Positions 1 through 13,500 of a DNA stretch of 64,000 bases are shown here, piece by piece. Under the pieces are notes generated by a model. The model made no database searches and was not told the origin of the DNA. It was given only the letters and a program-made list of their open reading frames with translations. The stretch lies in contig JBHGNT010000013.1 of assembly GCA_043228905.1 (NCBI GenBank), positions 10,602,001 through 10,666,000 of the forward strand, in the 5' to 3' direction. Each line of letters begins with the position of its first letter. Positions within the stretch are counted from its first letter, which is position 1. The position numbers and the translations under genes were made by a program. Origin of the DNA: Azolla caroliniana (taxonomy: Eukaryota > Plantae > Polypodiophyta).

Positions 1-429
1 AACTTGAACCCTTCCTATCCTCCTTGGTTCAAGTCCTCGGTGATCCCGCTCACATTTCACATGCATGCATGTATTTTTGCGACACCATGCAGAGCATCGA
101 GCTCCATTGCATCCCCTAACTATGTGGGGCAATCACCTTCATAATTTGAGAGCTCGTACCTGATCGTCGATGGTTGAAAGCTAATAATGAGCACTCGGTT
201 GTTACCCAACTTCCATACCTAAAGGGCGAGCATTCAACCTCTTTAGTTGTCAAGCACTCAATCATGCTTAATCATGACAGAGTGTTCAAGCTCCTTACTC
301 TTGAGCATACGAAGGCTCCTAACCCTTGACTGGAGGTTTGGGCAAGCTCCCAAACTTGGAGGGTTCACATTTGAACTTTGAGGATTACAAAACTCTTGTG
401 GTTTCCTCAACCTTTCAACCCTCATGGTT

Positions 430-1040
430 GAAGTTTTGGCCCCCAAACTTCGAGTGTTCACAGAATTTGACTTTCCTTTTGCACAAAATACATCCATATA
501 TACCCAAGCTTTCCCTATGTGTATGCATTTACACATTTCCATCCATTCACTTGCTTATATTTATACATAAAAGAAAGAAAAATTGCATCCCCCCATACAC
601 ATCAACATACCTAAACAAATTCATACCCACACTCCTACACACTAACATATATATAATATTTAGATGTCAAACATAACATACCTACATATAGAATAATACT
701 TATACATACATACACATCTATGTACATTGATATACACATCTAAACGTATACATATTTGCATACACATTCATGTGCACATACATACACAACATTCATCAAC
801 TTCCAAACTCATATACATATACACATTCAAATACATAGATACACATACACATAACCACATGCTTAAACTAGCAGATATATACATCTATGCACATACAATT
901 CACGTACTTCTATACACTAGTACATGCACACATATAGATAAATAAATATATAAGCACACTTACACGTTGATACGGAGATAAACCCAAATATGAACACACA
1001 CACACACACACACAAGTAACAGGCATAAATGTACACAAGT
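430..1040. repeat. Degenerate (CA/TA)-rich low-complexity tract with (CA)n microsatellite
   Basis: Continuous ACAT/ACAC-rich sequence, with pure (CA)n near 994-1013. Confidence 0.7.
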
Positions 1041-2564
1041 TTGGATACCAATAAACACCTACCCATACCAAATTACTAAATTGGCATTAGTACCACATAA
1101 GACCAAAATTTAAGACGAATATTGCAATTGACAATTCGATCATCAAACCCATCTTCCCTAATTTTGGTCCTCAATGGTCATGCACACATTTTAGAAGCAC
1201 ATGCATAACTTCATGAAAATGTAGCCAAAACCCACCCACAAGAAGTAAATCTACTTACCATACCAACTTACTTTAGCTTCGTAGTATTTTCATTGGATGG
1301 AATGGCTATAACAACTTAATTGGAACTCTTCGATCACATAATATACATGATTATGAATTACAATGATAACTTTCTATTAGCAACAACATGTTAATGATGC
1401 TATTGTCCTTGGTACAATTGTGTGCTTTTCCGATGGCTTTTTCTTACTCTATTCAACTTTGGTAATATATTTTTTCGTCGCCTACTCAATGGTCACTATA
1501 ATCCATAATTAATCAAAATGTGCACAAAATGGATGTGATGTTTTATCCTAGATGGAAGCGCAAAGGGCCATATGCCCATCAATACTAAGGGAACTACGTT
1601 TGTAAAACTCATTAAAATAATATTGTTTTGAAAAGTATCCCAATCCCCATCCCCATCCCCATCCCCTACCTCTTCCTTGATCAAACAAGAAGTGGGAAAT
1701 AAAGCAGAATTGATGTTTCAATGAATACCACAATCTTAGAAGAAAAAAAGAATAACATTAATCCTTAAAAACAATATTGATGCATTTGACATAATCCACA
1801 TGCAAAAGACAAAAATGGATGCATGAAATCTTATCTACAATGATCAATCTTGCTTTCCTTTTTTTCTTTCTAATGTTTATGACAAGGATGTTTCTGGCTA
1901 ATCATTTTATCTTATCTTGGCCTTATGTTCCTCTTTCTCTTGCTTCAAGGACACACTTTTCTTTTTGGTATACAAGCTTGCAAGCTACTACATGCATAAG
2001 AGTCTTGGTTCACACATGTCTACAGAAAGATGGCGACAAAAGCATTAGACGTATCATCCTTCTTCTCTCCGATTGTACATAACTATAGTAGGATGATGTG
2101 GTTATATTTTGGAGTTTGGTTGGGGTTGGAAACAAGGCACTAGAAAACAAAGACATAACATTATTATTTACGTGCATGTTGCCATGTTAACAATATAGGT
2201 GTCATAAAAATCAACATGGATCAATGCCATGCTTTCAAACTATGCTTTAGCATGTACATATTATCTAACATTGTGCCTTAACATACATTGTTGTTAAAAA
2301 ACACATACTTTATAGATAGAGTACGTTTTAGAATACCCACATGTATTCTAAACGTATTCAACCTTTTGGAACTGTCATTTTTTCTAAGCCTAAATTTGTA
2401 AATAATTTAAAATTTAATTTTCTAGGGTTTTTTTAATAGAGAAAAAGAAAATAATTATGTAAATATTGAAACACCATTTATCCATGGGCAATAAAGATAA
2501 TGGGTATTTACTATATAGTATTCAAATTCCAAGTATCTTTGCATTCAACATCAATGGTGTTCAA

Positions 2565-2735
2565 GTATTCGATGTATTCAACAACGTATTCAAAAACGTA
2601 TTCAACGTATTCAAAACGTACTCAACGTATTCCACGTATTTTACCATTAAATACGTATTCTAAGAACTTATAAATTTTTTTAGAAAACTTATAAAATACA
2701 TAGCATACGTATTGTACGCGTACGGTATGCTACGT
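2565..2735. repeat. ~9-11 bp AACGTATTC(A) tandem array plus TAGCATAC...GTATGCTA hairpin; possible subterminal region of a DNA transposon or MITE
   Basis: About 7 copies of (A)ACGTATTC at 2565-2662 and an inverted repeat at 2701-2732. No TIR/TSD pair found. Confidence 0.5.
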
Positions 2736-3673
2736 ATGTTACAACCATGTTAACATATAAATATGGCATTTTACTATACTAGATTCCCATTCCTAAAATA
2801 ACTTTGAGGAGCTAAAATATTAATGACTTTCGTATATTTTATAATAAAAATGATAATCTTTACCAGTCTTTACTTGGTCTCCACAATTTATAATGTAACA
2901 TGCATAATGCTTAAGCGTGGCACTCTTAAAGCCATACACATCATGTGCATTCAAAGCATATTTAAAAAATAATCTATAAATGGAACATTCATGAATAAAA
3001 CCATGCTCCCCATTCTCTATTCAATATTTTAATAATTCTTTCTCAAATGTGGATATTCTAGAGTCTAATGTCATTTGAACTCATATGAGATGTTATCTTC
3101 AATCGTTCATATCTAAGCTATGTATAATTTAAAGAGAAAAGGGTGCTATGAGACAATATGAGTCATTATGGAAGCATTTTGAACTATTTCTCAATGTGAA
3201 ACCAAACTAATTGAGGAACATGGATTGAACTATGAACCCATCTTTTTCGAAAGGTGTAAAAGTACAAAATTATTGGACAATCCTCAACTACAACATCAAC
3301 ATAATGACTTTATAAAGAGGAGAGGGTGCTCTAATCTTTTTCTTATCATTTTATACCCTCAATTTTTCTTTTGAATAAACTCTTAAACTTGCTTACATGT
3401 GTTCATATGATTAATCAAATTATAATGTAAAGATAAGATGAAGAGTAGAATAAATATTTTGAGGAATACGATTCTCTCATTTTTTCTCTTATTTTCTTTG
3501 ATAATGATTAGTCAAGGTGGATCATGCATGAAGCGCCAAAATATCTCTGGTCTAGTAACCAATCCGTCCTCTTTACTTGATCAAATTAATGATGCCCCTC
3601 AACAACATCCTAAGATGACCAAGAAGGTAATAATCAAAGTCAAATTAATACAATTGTGTGAGTATATATATTA

Positions 3674-3676
<3 letters not shown>

Positions 3677-3712
<36 letters not shown>
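3677..3712. repeat. (CA)n microsatellite
   Basis: Perfect dinucleotide run. Confidence 0.95.
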
Positions 3713-3715
<3 letters not shown>

Positions 3716-4039
3716 TAATAGCCATGTTAATTTAACTAATCAATTCATGATTATATGAAAACACTTTGATGCAGATTCGTGGGCTTGTTGATAATCAAAA
3801 CTTTAGTAATGTTGACCATCCTGATTATGTATGCGCCGATTCTTGCTAATTCATAATTTTAACATTGTACAAAAAAAGAGATTCCATGAGTTTCTAATTT
3901 CTTGGTGTTCTTGGAAACTCTTTACAACAATAAGTTCTTGAAGGAGCTAGGTCTACCTCATCATCAAGAGTTTTCGACACCCCACCCTAAACAACAAACA
4001 CTCGACTCTATCCTCATTGGTTCTAATTAATCCTCTTTG

Positions 4040-4460
4040 ATGATCACTTGATGTGCTTGTGGAGCACATTAAGTGTATTTAAGTCCAAAATTAGAACTAT
4101 GGACACTATTATCAACTTGGCCAACAAAATCATATTTGAGATTGAAGCCGCCCTATAATCAAATAAGGAAAATTTATCAATGGACTTATGATAAAGATAA
4201 TAGGGTTGATAGGATCTTGTGAGTTCCATGAGCAACAAGACAAGTTTGACAGAAATGTTCTCAAAGTCAATATTTTGGGCTACCATGTGGTTTGTACGAA
4301 TGTCTTCCCTTTTATAAATCCCACATCTTTCATAATAAAATTACTTTCATGGTGATAATACCAATTACAACAAATTTGGATGATGAATCTCGTCTTTCCT
4401 TTATGGGCATGTCATTGGCCTCTCGACCTTCACAACAAAGAGAGCTGATTCCCACTCTTT
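4040..4460 (-). pseudogene. Highly degenerate Ty3/gypsy RT remnant
   Basis: Faint RT-like motifs (GYY, EDI, DKF) spread over shifting frames. Confidence 0.3.
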
Positions 4461-5146
4461 TTATGAGCATAAGAAATACATTATTGATAGTCCACCAAAA
4501 ATATTTTTATGTTGCCAATCATTATGTAAACCCAATAAATTTCCCTTTTATCTCATTGTGGGCATGTGAAATCTCTCGCCCCTCATATGAGAGCTCCCTG
4601 CTCATGAGCGTATGTTTATTAAGGGGTAACACATTTAACACAATTAAGGGTTACCTAGCTATTATCCTACACCACATATCAATAATCAATGTTCTAACAT
4701 CTACAAATATGTGACTTGCTTTTGTTCACTTTACATATAACAAGTTGTGTCATTCATATGCACCACATATCAATAATCAATATTCTACTATGTGCAAATA
4801 TGTCCAATATTACCAAGCCTACACTTTTAATCATGTAGTTACATGATGATATAATACTTAAGTGTCGCGCATACACTCGCATAGGGTTCAATCCTCACCT
4901 ACACAACTAAGCTGGAGATGCAAACTAGAGTTCCTTCATGCAAGTGCAAATATCTTCGAGTGGTAACATGCAATTAAAGGGGAGGTCGATAATTTTTGGA
5001 AGAAAATCTTAGGAAGAGTCGTTCTCCTATCTCTGATTTGAACCTTAGCATGAATCATTGTCTTAACTAAGATTTCATGCGTCATCTTTCAATCGTTCTC
5101 ATAATAGCATGACTGAAGCTTCTTCCATGAATCATTATTCTAACTT

Positions 5147-5350
5147 AGATTTGACGCTTCTTCCAACACCAATCTTTTGCACTCAGATTTGAAGCTTCTT
5201 CCAACACAAATCTTTTGCACTCAGATTTGAAGCTTCTTCTAACACGAACCTTCTACACTTACATTTGAAGCTTCTTCCAACACGAATATTCTGCACTCAC
5301 ATTTGAAGCTTTGGCTAACATGAGTCCTCCTATCTCCGATTTGAAGATTC
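5147..5350. repeat. 38-bp tandem repeat (~5 copies)
   Basis: AGATTTGAAGCTTCTTCCAACAC unit recurs at about 5147, 5185, 5223, 5261 and 5299. Confidence 0.85.
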
Positions 5351-6099
5351 TTTCATGAACCATGTGGGGTTCATTGATTGGGAAACTTCTTCCTCATGTT
5401 CATATTTCTTCTCATATTCTCATGTAGATTTCTTTCATGTTCTTCTTTCTTCTCATATTCTCATGTCCAACATGAGTCTTCCTATCTTCAATTTGAAGTT
5501 TCTTCCATGAATAGTAAGTGGTTCATAGATAGAGGAGATTTTTCCTTATGTTTATCTTTATTCTAATCATCTCATGTTCATCTTTTTTTCATGTAGTTTT
5601 TTTTATGTTCATCTTTCTTCTCTATTCTCATGTAGATATTTTTCATGTTCATCTTTCTTTTCTTATTATCACGTTCTTCTTTCTCTTGTAGGTTTTTTTC
5701 ATGTTCATCTTTCTTCTCTTATTCTCATGTCCAATATAAGTATTCCAATCTTCGATTTTAAGGTTCGTCTATGAATCATAAGCGGTTCATACATAGAGGA
5801 GCTTCTTTCGCATTTTCCTCTTATTTTTCATATTCTTCTTTTCATCTTTCTCTTGTGGATTCTTTTCTTGCTCATCTTTCTTCTCGTATTTTTGTGTTCA
5901 TCCTTTTTTTTTTTTCAAAAAAACATATTCTTCATTAGTAGAAATTCTACATCCATGATAAAATGATTAGACTGGCAACCTTATAAAGGCTGTAGCCGTG
6001 GTAGACCAATAAAAACTACAGAGACTCTGAGTATAAAACTACAAAGACCGGTGAACACCTACAAGAATGTTCTTTCCATCACCTATGATCATTGGCTTA

Positions 6100-6545
6100 A
6101 ACACTGAACTGTAATGAGAACGTTTCAGTAGACTTTCTTTCGAAATGAAAGCATATCCAACAGTTCATGTACTTTCTTTAAGAGTTCACCCTTAGCATAT
6201 GGCTGAAGCAATGCATTGCCAACAACCTGGTTTCTCTTCAGCCTGCCCATCTTCTGCATATCCTGTAATGAGAACATTGCAGGAGACTAACTTTCGAATT
6301 GGACGCATATCAAACATTTCATGTACTTTCTCTAAGACTCCACACTTAGCCTATAGATGAAACAATGCATTTCCAACAACCTGGTTTCCCTTCAACCTGC
6401 CCATCTCCTCAAACTTTACATGCATTTCTCTACCCTTTTCTATACAAATGTGACATAAACTTGAACTTGGATTTGAATTGAAACCATATCCTGTAATGAG
6501 AACATTGCAGGAGACTATCTTTCCAACTTTCACTTGATCTATCCT
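6100..6545 (-). pseudogene. Degenerate PLS-type pentatricopeptide repeat (PPR) fragments
   Basis: Translates as VSCNVLITGYG, GNQVVGNALFHL*AKCGVLEKVHEMFD and LVSCNVLITGYAEDGQAEE. These match the plant PPR pattern GNALVDMYAKCG.LE.A..VFD...VVSWN.LI.GYA..G..EEA. Stops are present. Confidence 0.7.
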
Positions 6546-6859
6546 ACCACCTTTTGAATCCATGTCCATTAAATAAAAACCATTGCTTGTGCATGTATTT
6601 GTTGGCCATTTTCCACAACATTCAGTTTAGCACAAGCTTTCGGAAGAATAGAAATAACATAATCGGTAGGTGTTGCATATGTACAAACCAAACTTTCCTT
6701 GCTACCTTACAACTTTTTCCTTCAACATGTGTGTACTTGCATTCCATTGAAATTCTGAATCATAGACTTTTGGATATAATAATTTGAAATATACTTCATA
6801 GAATACAACAAACACCTGCAAAAGAAAATGCTCTCTACTTTCATCGTCACCTCATAAAA

Positions 6860-7912
6860 GTCTGCTCTAGCCCCCAACGACGTCATCACTCATCCTTATC
6901 AAACAAAGAAAACATGCTTTCCTTTCCCCATCCATCTCGCCATAGCATAGCAAATCCTGTATCTACCAAACAAAAGCATAATGACACTACTCTCTTTAAT
7001 CCCCTCATGAAATTCAACTTCTTCCCCAGACACCATCGTCACTCATCCTTGACAATTTTCTTCGTTTTCCACATCAACCATTTATTCGTTTGTCACTGAG
7101 GTCTTGTACAAACAAAAAATCGAATGAATGTGCTATCTTAATCCCCTCATAAAAACATTGTTTCATCCCCCAACACCACCATGATTCACTCATCCTAAAA
7201 AATAGACAATTTGCTTCAATGACCACATCAACCATCTCGATTTATACCATCGAGAACCTGTACCAAAAAAAGAAATGAGCTTACCGTCCTAATCCCCTCA
7301 TGAAATTATGCTTCATCCCCACTACACCATCGTCACTCTTCCTATACCAAAATGTGTTATCCTCATCCCCTACAAGTTTCTTCGTTTTCCACATTAACCG
7401 TATGTTCATTTGGCACTACAGTCTTGTACAAACAAAAATAGAGTGAATGTGCCACGTCATCCCCTCATAAAAACATTGCTCTAGGCCCCAACACCACCAT
7501 GATTCCCTCATCCTTAGAAAACAGACAATTTGCTTCAATGATCCCGTCAACCATTTCGATTTATACCACTGAGAACCCGTACGAAAAATAGAATGAGATT
7601 ACTCTCCTAATCCCCTCATGAAATTATGATTCATCCCCCTACACCATCGTCCATCATCCTATACAGAAATAGAAGAATGTGCTTCATTTTCCACATCAAC
7701 CATCTGTTCGTTCACCACCAAAATCTTGTACAAACAAAAATAGAGTGATTGTGTTGTCCTCATCCCCTCATAAAAATCTGCTTCAACCCCCGACAACACC
7801 ATCACTCATCCTTACCAAATAGAAATACTTCCATGACCATATCACCATCTCATTGTGTACCACTAAAGTCATATATCTACAAAAAAAAAACTTAATGAAA
7901 CTACTGTCCTAA
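6860..7912. repeat. ~150-bp tandem repeat with dimeric (~300-320 bp) higher-order structure
   Basis: ATCCCCTCAT anchor at about 6999, 7141, 7292, 7459, 7610 and 7762, alternating GAAATT and AAAAA variants. Confidence 0.8.
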
Positions 7913-7929
7913 TGACAAATTACTGTGGA

Positions 7930-10240
7930 GTATTCAGTATAAATGGTGCCGGTGGCGAAAACAACCAACGAGGTGGAACTCTTCTAATTCCACTTAACAT
8001 CATCTCGTGTTGCATCCAAGAAAATAGGAATAGCTGACCAAACTCTTCTAATTCTCCTTATTTTCCAATTAGCTACATTTCCAAAACCCCTATAACTATC
8101 ATATTCACCTTTAACCATATTTACCAATAATTCCCAGAAAGACTTAACTTGATCCACAACATTAGTTTGTTCATCATTATATATTTTAGAACACCTCGCT
8201 TTCCAAATAATCCATAAGGCCAAAGAGGAGATAATGTTCCAAACATAACACCTGGAAAAAAACTTGACTCCCTGCAAGGAGCTTGATGTATCGTACACCT
8301 GAAAACTTTTCACATGTAAAGTCAATGATGAATTATGATGATGATAAAAAACTGTTTGTTGAGCCAACGTACCCCAAAAGATCGTACCCCACGTAAATAT
8401 AACTGCCCTATACTTATGACCTAAAAGCCTAAGAATACGAGACCAAAAACATTTGACCGTAACACATTCCCAAAAATCATGATGCAATGTCTCAGATGCA
8501 AAACCACACCTACCACATGATCGATTAGGTATTGTTCCTCTCAATAAAGCCCCTACTGGCAATGCATAATGAATTATTAACCATCGAAAATGCAATATCT
8601 TGTTCATACATTTAAGTGACCAAAACTGTTTCCAGAACTTCAACATATACGAAGATGACACACTACCTTCCTCCCAATATATTTTCCCCTTGGGTATCGA
8701 CTCTATCTCATTTAACAAAAAATTTCTACCCAATGCCACAGAATATGTGAAAAATGGAAGAACTTTCGTTTGTGGAGTGTCAGACCTGGGCAACATCCAA
8801 CCATAATCCGATGGATCCCACTGCAGATTAGCAATTGGCCTAGAGTGTAAAACCCACATATGAGATGAGTACTTAACAATTAATGGATTATGATCTATAA
8901 ATATCTTTTTATCTAATCTGGCAATTACTCTCACTGACAACTGCTTGGTAGAAGACATAATTGAAGACTCCTCCTCCACTAAAAACAACCTACCGTTATC
9001 TAGAACTGCACAAAAGTAGAGGCTGCTATTTTGATTATAAACGAGCTCCTATAAGTATATTCAATGTTGAAAACATACCATACCAATTCTGAAAATGACC
9101 AAATTGCAAAGTTGGCAGTGTTACCCGATACATCGTTTACACTTGAGAGAGCATAGTGTTTGCCCCTCTAAAATTAGACACCCTAGTCTTTTGGTCTTGC
9201 AATGAAGTTTGCAAAAAATTTACCCAATCCATTGTCGTGAAGAATGTGCTTCACGATATAAAAATGAGCTTAAATATTGTATTTAATAATATTTGAGAGA
9301 CTTGAACCCACATCCTTATATACGAAGTACAATGTACAAACCACTAGGCTAGGCTATTTATTTGTAAAAGTTTGTAAAAAAATCTGCTTCATTATATAAG
9401 AATGAAGCTATATATTGTATTGAGTAAAATAGAGAGACTTGAACTCTCAACCTTGTATACCAAACACAAAGCATACACCACTAAGCTAGGTTAGTTATTT
9501 TAGAACGCATTTTCATCATTATACTTATCACATATCTATTTTCATACATAGCCATCATGCATCACATGCACTGCATGTGCACCAAATGGCGATCATGCAT
9601 TACGTGTAACTCATGCATTACATGCATGCCATGCTCCCATACATTACCATATGCATGGCAACACTTATATAAAGAGGGGCAAGGAAACAAGAGGGGATCA
9701 AGAGAGAGGGAGAAAATAATACAATCAAGTAGAGAAGACCAGCTCATTGGGTGAAGAACCATGCGTGTCAAAGTTGAGGTCATGGGTTCAAATCAAGGGT
9801 CGGTAGAGAATGTGTTCAGTTTGCGATCAAGGATTGTAAAGTTGGTAAAATATTGTCTTTTTAATATACATCATGTTTATATCATATACTCTTGCTTCTT
9901 GAATCATGCTTTGTCTTAATCTTCCTTCTTAAATCATACTTTGTCTCTATCTTCTATCTATTCTCATCTCTGTCTCTCTCTCTCACACATTACTCGTAAC
10001 TCTTCTTCTTGCTATTCTTAACCTTTCTAACATCACAATACAAGCCTTATTAAAATTTAAGTTCCTTCAACTCCCCTTAACCTTAGTCCCTGCGACTTCG
10101 CCGCACGAATCACAACTACCCCGACACCGCAACCGTATGAGTTGGTCTATTATCCATTGCAACCCATAATAACCTAGTTCGTAAACCCAAAACACATGTC
10201 GCTTCATCACTAAATAAAGGATTCCATAACAACAGTTGGC
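7930..10240 (-). mobile_element. L1-type LINE 3' fragment (zf-RVT region) interrupted by a solo LTR
   Basis: ORF 7984-8988 has C.RC....ETLHH.FWEC and LWIIWKARC. The frame joins across the solo LTR as HTVA|DWVN. Confidence 0.75.
9233..10126 (+). mobile_element. Solo LTR (TGTCG...CGACA group) with three tRNA-like A/B-box modules
   Basis: TGTCG/CGACA termini, TSD CCAT/CCGC (degenerate CCGC), TATATAAAG at about 9667 and a CATGCA-rich U3. Confidence 0.75.
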
Positions 10241-10559
10241 GCTTTTTTTTGTGTGTGTGTTCATCTTTCTCATGTATATTATTTTCATGCTCATCATTTT
10301 TCTCTGATTCTCATGTTCATCTTTTTCATGTAGATTTTTTGCATGTTCACCATTCTTCATATATTTCATCATTTTAATATATAAAACCATGGTTTTCTTG
10401 TAAATGAGTTTTTTATGTCATTCCTTGTCATATTCAAATTTTTTATGTTGCATGTTTATCTTTCTTCCTCTATTTCTAGTTTTTTTCATATTTGAAATCA
10501 TGTTATCATTGGTTATGAAATTACTAATACAACTCTTGTTGATTTATTATGCTTGCAGG

Positions 10560-13500
10560 TCCCATTTGGTAATATTAGTATACAACTAATTGTAACCTTG
10601 ATTGCTTTAATTACTTTCCTTGGTATTCTTTTTAAGTAATACATATAATTGAAAATGGTAATCGTCAATTGGATTGACATGTCTTGTTTACCAATAGACA
10701 GTATATAGTATGTGATATGGTAACTATCATAATGTGAAATGGAAACAAATTTAGGCTATTAAGTAGAAAATATAGGGAATAGACTAGTTAGGAAAAATAT
10801 TAATATGTTATTATGCTTGTCATAGAGTTTCAAAAGTAATTCTAGTAGTTCATTCCACGTAAATTTACGGGTTATGGGCAAAATTCACAGTTCAAGGAAT
10901 GTTACATAACAAATTAATAATCTACATTTCAGATGACAAAAAGCATTATCTGATTTTTGTTTAACATTGGTTTGAGCTTGACCATGCAGATTTACTATTT
11001 CTTGGTCTTAATTTTAATCAACATTAAGTATGGTTCGATGGTGTAGCCTCACAATTTAAGGTGGCATGATACTTCTGTTTTATTGCAAGGTAAATTGATT
11101 ATTGTACGTTAAGTACATGATAGTTCTAAGTCTATTCAACTAATACTTCATAAGCCTTCAACTATTACTTTAGTTTCCTATGCTTTCTAATCTTTAATGA
11201 AAACTTAGAACTAATTGTATTCAAACTTGTCTACATTACTAATATTTGTTTAGTCTCCTACATTTAATGTTGTTCAATAAAAACTTTTTACTTTTCTTCC
11301 AATGTGCATTAGTACTAATAATGTTTTTACCCATGTTTAGTATTTTTAAATAATAACTTAGTATTGTCCTCCAATGTGCATCAATGCTAATTATGTATTT
11401 ACCGATATTTAGTACTTTTAAATAACAATGTAGTATTGTCCTCCCATGTGCATCAATACTAATTGTATATTTACCTATATTTAGTATTTTTATATAACAA
11501 CTTAGTATTGTTGTTCTATATGCACCATCACTAATTGTCTATTCACCTATACTTAGTATTTTGAATAATAACTTAGTATTGCTATCAAATGTGCATCAGT
11601 ACTAATTATGTGTTTACCCATGTTTAGTATTTTTAAATGACAACTGAGTATTGTCCTCCCATATACATGTCAATACTAATTTTCTACTCACTTATGTTTA
11701 ATATCTATAAATAATAACTTAGTACTGTCCTCCCACGTGCATTGGTACTAATTGTGTATCTACTTAAGTTTAATATTTTTAAATAAAAACTTAATATTGT
11801 CCTCCCATGTGTGTCAGTACTAATTTTTTACTCACGTATGTTTAGTATCTAAAAATAATAACTTAGTACTATCCTCCCATGCACATCAGTACTAATTGTG
11901 TATTTACCTAAGTTTAGTATTTTTAAAAACTTAGTACTATCCTCCCATGTGCATCAGTACTAATTGCATATTTATGCAAATGTAGTATTTTTAAATAAAA
12001 ACTTAGTACTATCCTCCCATGTGTGTCAGTACTAATTTTTTCTACTCACTTATGTTTAGTATTTTTAAATAACAACTTAGTACTATCCTCCCATGTGAAT
12101 CAGTATTAATTGTCTATTCACGTGTTTAGTATAGATATAAATAAAAACTTACTAGTGTCCTTCCATGTGAATCACTACTAATTGTCTATTCACATATATT
12201 TAGTATCTACAGGTAATGACTTAGTATTGTCCTCCCATGTGCATCGATACTAATTTACAACATAGTACTATCCTTAATTTACAACTTAGTATTGTCCTCC
12301 CACGTGCACAAGTACTGATTATGTTTTAAGCCATGTAAAATATTCTTAATTTACAACATAGTACTATCCTCCAATGTCTATCAGTACTAATTCTATTTTA
12401 AGCCATATAAAGTATTCATAATTTACAACCTAGTAGTGTCCTCTCACATGAATCAATACTAATTATGTTTTAAGCCATGTAAAGTATTCTTAATTTACAA
12501 CTTAGTATTGTCCTCCCACATGCACAAGTACTGATTATGTCTTAAGCCATGTAAAATATTCTTAATTTACAACATAGTACTGTCCTCCCACATCTATCAG
12601 TACTAATTCTATTTTAAGCCATGTTAAGTATTCTTAATTTACAACTTAGTACTTTCTTCTCACATGAATCAATACTAATTATGTTTTAAGCATTGTAAAG
12701 TATTCTTAATTTACAACTTCATACTGTCCTCCCACGTGCACAAGTACTAATTATGTTTTAAGCCATGTAAAATATTCTTAATTTAGAACATAATACTATC
12801 CTCCCACGTTTATTAGTACTAATTCTATTTGAAGCCATGTTAAGTATTCTTAATTTACAACTTAGTACTTTCCTCTCACATGAATCAATACTAATTATGT
12901 TTTAAGCCATCTACAATATTCTTAATTTACAACTTACTAATGTCCTCCCATGTGCACTAGTACTGATTATGGTTTAAGCCATGTAAAGTATTCTTAATTT
13001 ACAACTTAGTACTATCCTCCCACAATCAACACTAATTCTATTTTAAGACATGTTAAGTATTCTTAGATTACAACTTAGTAATGTCCTCCCACGTGAATAA
13101 ATATTAATTAAGTTTTAACCCATGTTAAGTATTGTTTGACTACCTATGATGTACTAACTTAGTACTGTTACTAATGTTTGTTGGCTATCTGTGATGCAAA
13201 ACGCCCAGGTACTTCTCATTGACCAACATTAGGATGCAATGGAACTACTTCAGGTCTGGACATGGAAAGGGAGAGCATGATGGGGTGGAGGTTGTGATCA
13301 AGCATGCTCTTATAAGCAAGGAGGTGGATAATAAAGGTGCTAAGTTACAAAATGCACATGATGTTGTGGAGTGGCTGACATGGAAGATGTGAAATGATGG
13401 TAAGAATAGATTGTTTATTGAGATTCGTGCTAATGAGTTGGATAGAAGTAAATCATATGGTTGTAAAACCATGAAAAGGACATGTAAGATCCATTGTTCT

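Noticed and set aside
1040-3420. Possible ancient coding remnants
   Set aside because: No motif could be recognised with confidence.
4883-4900. Isolated GGTTCAATCC B-box-like motif
   Set aside because: No convincing A-box, and no element boundaries could be defined.
11285-13170. CRISPR-like regular array
   Set aside because: The whole unit is repeated with no unique spacers, there are no cas genes, and the context is a eukaryotic intron.
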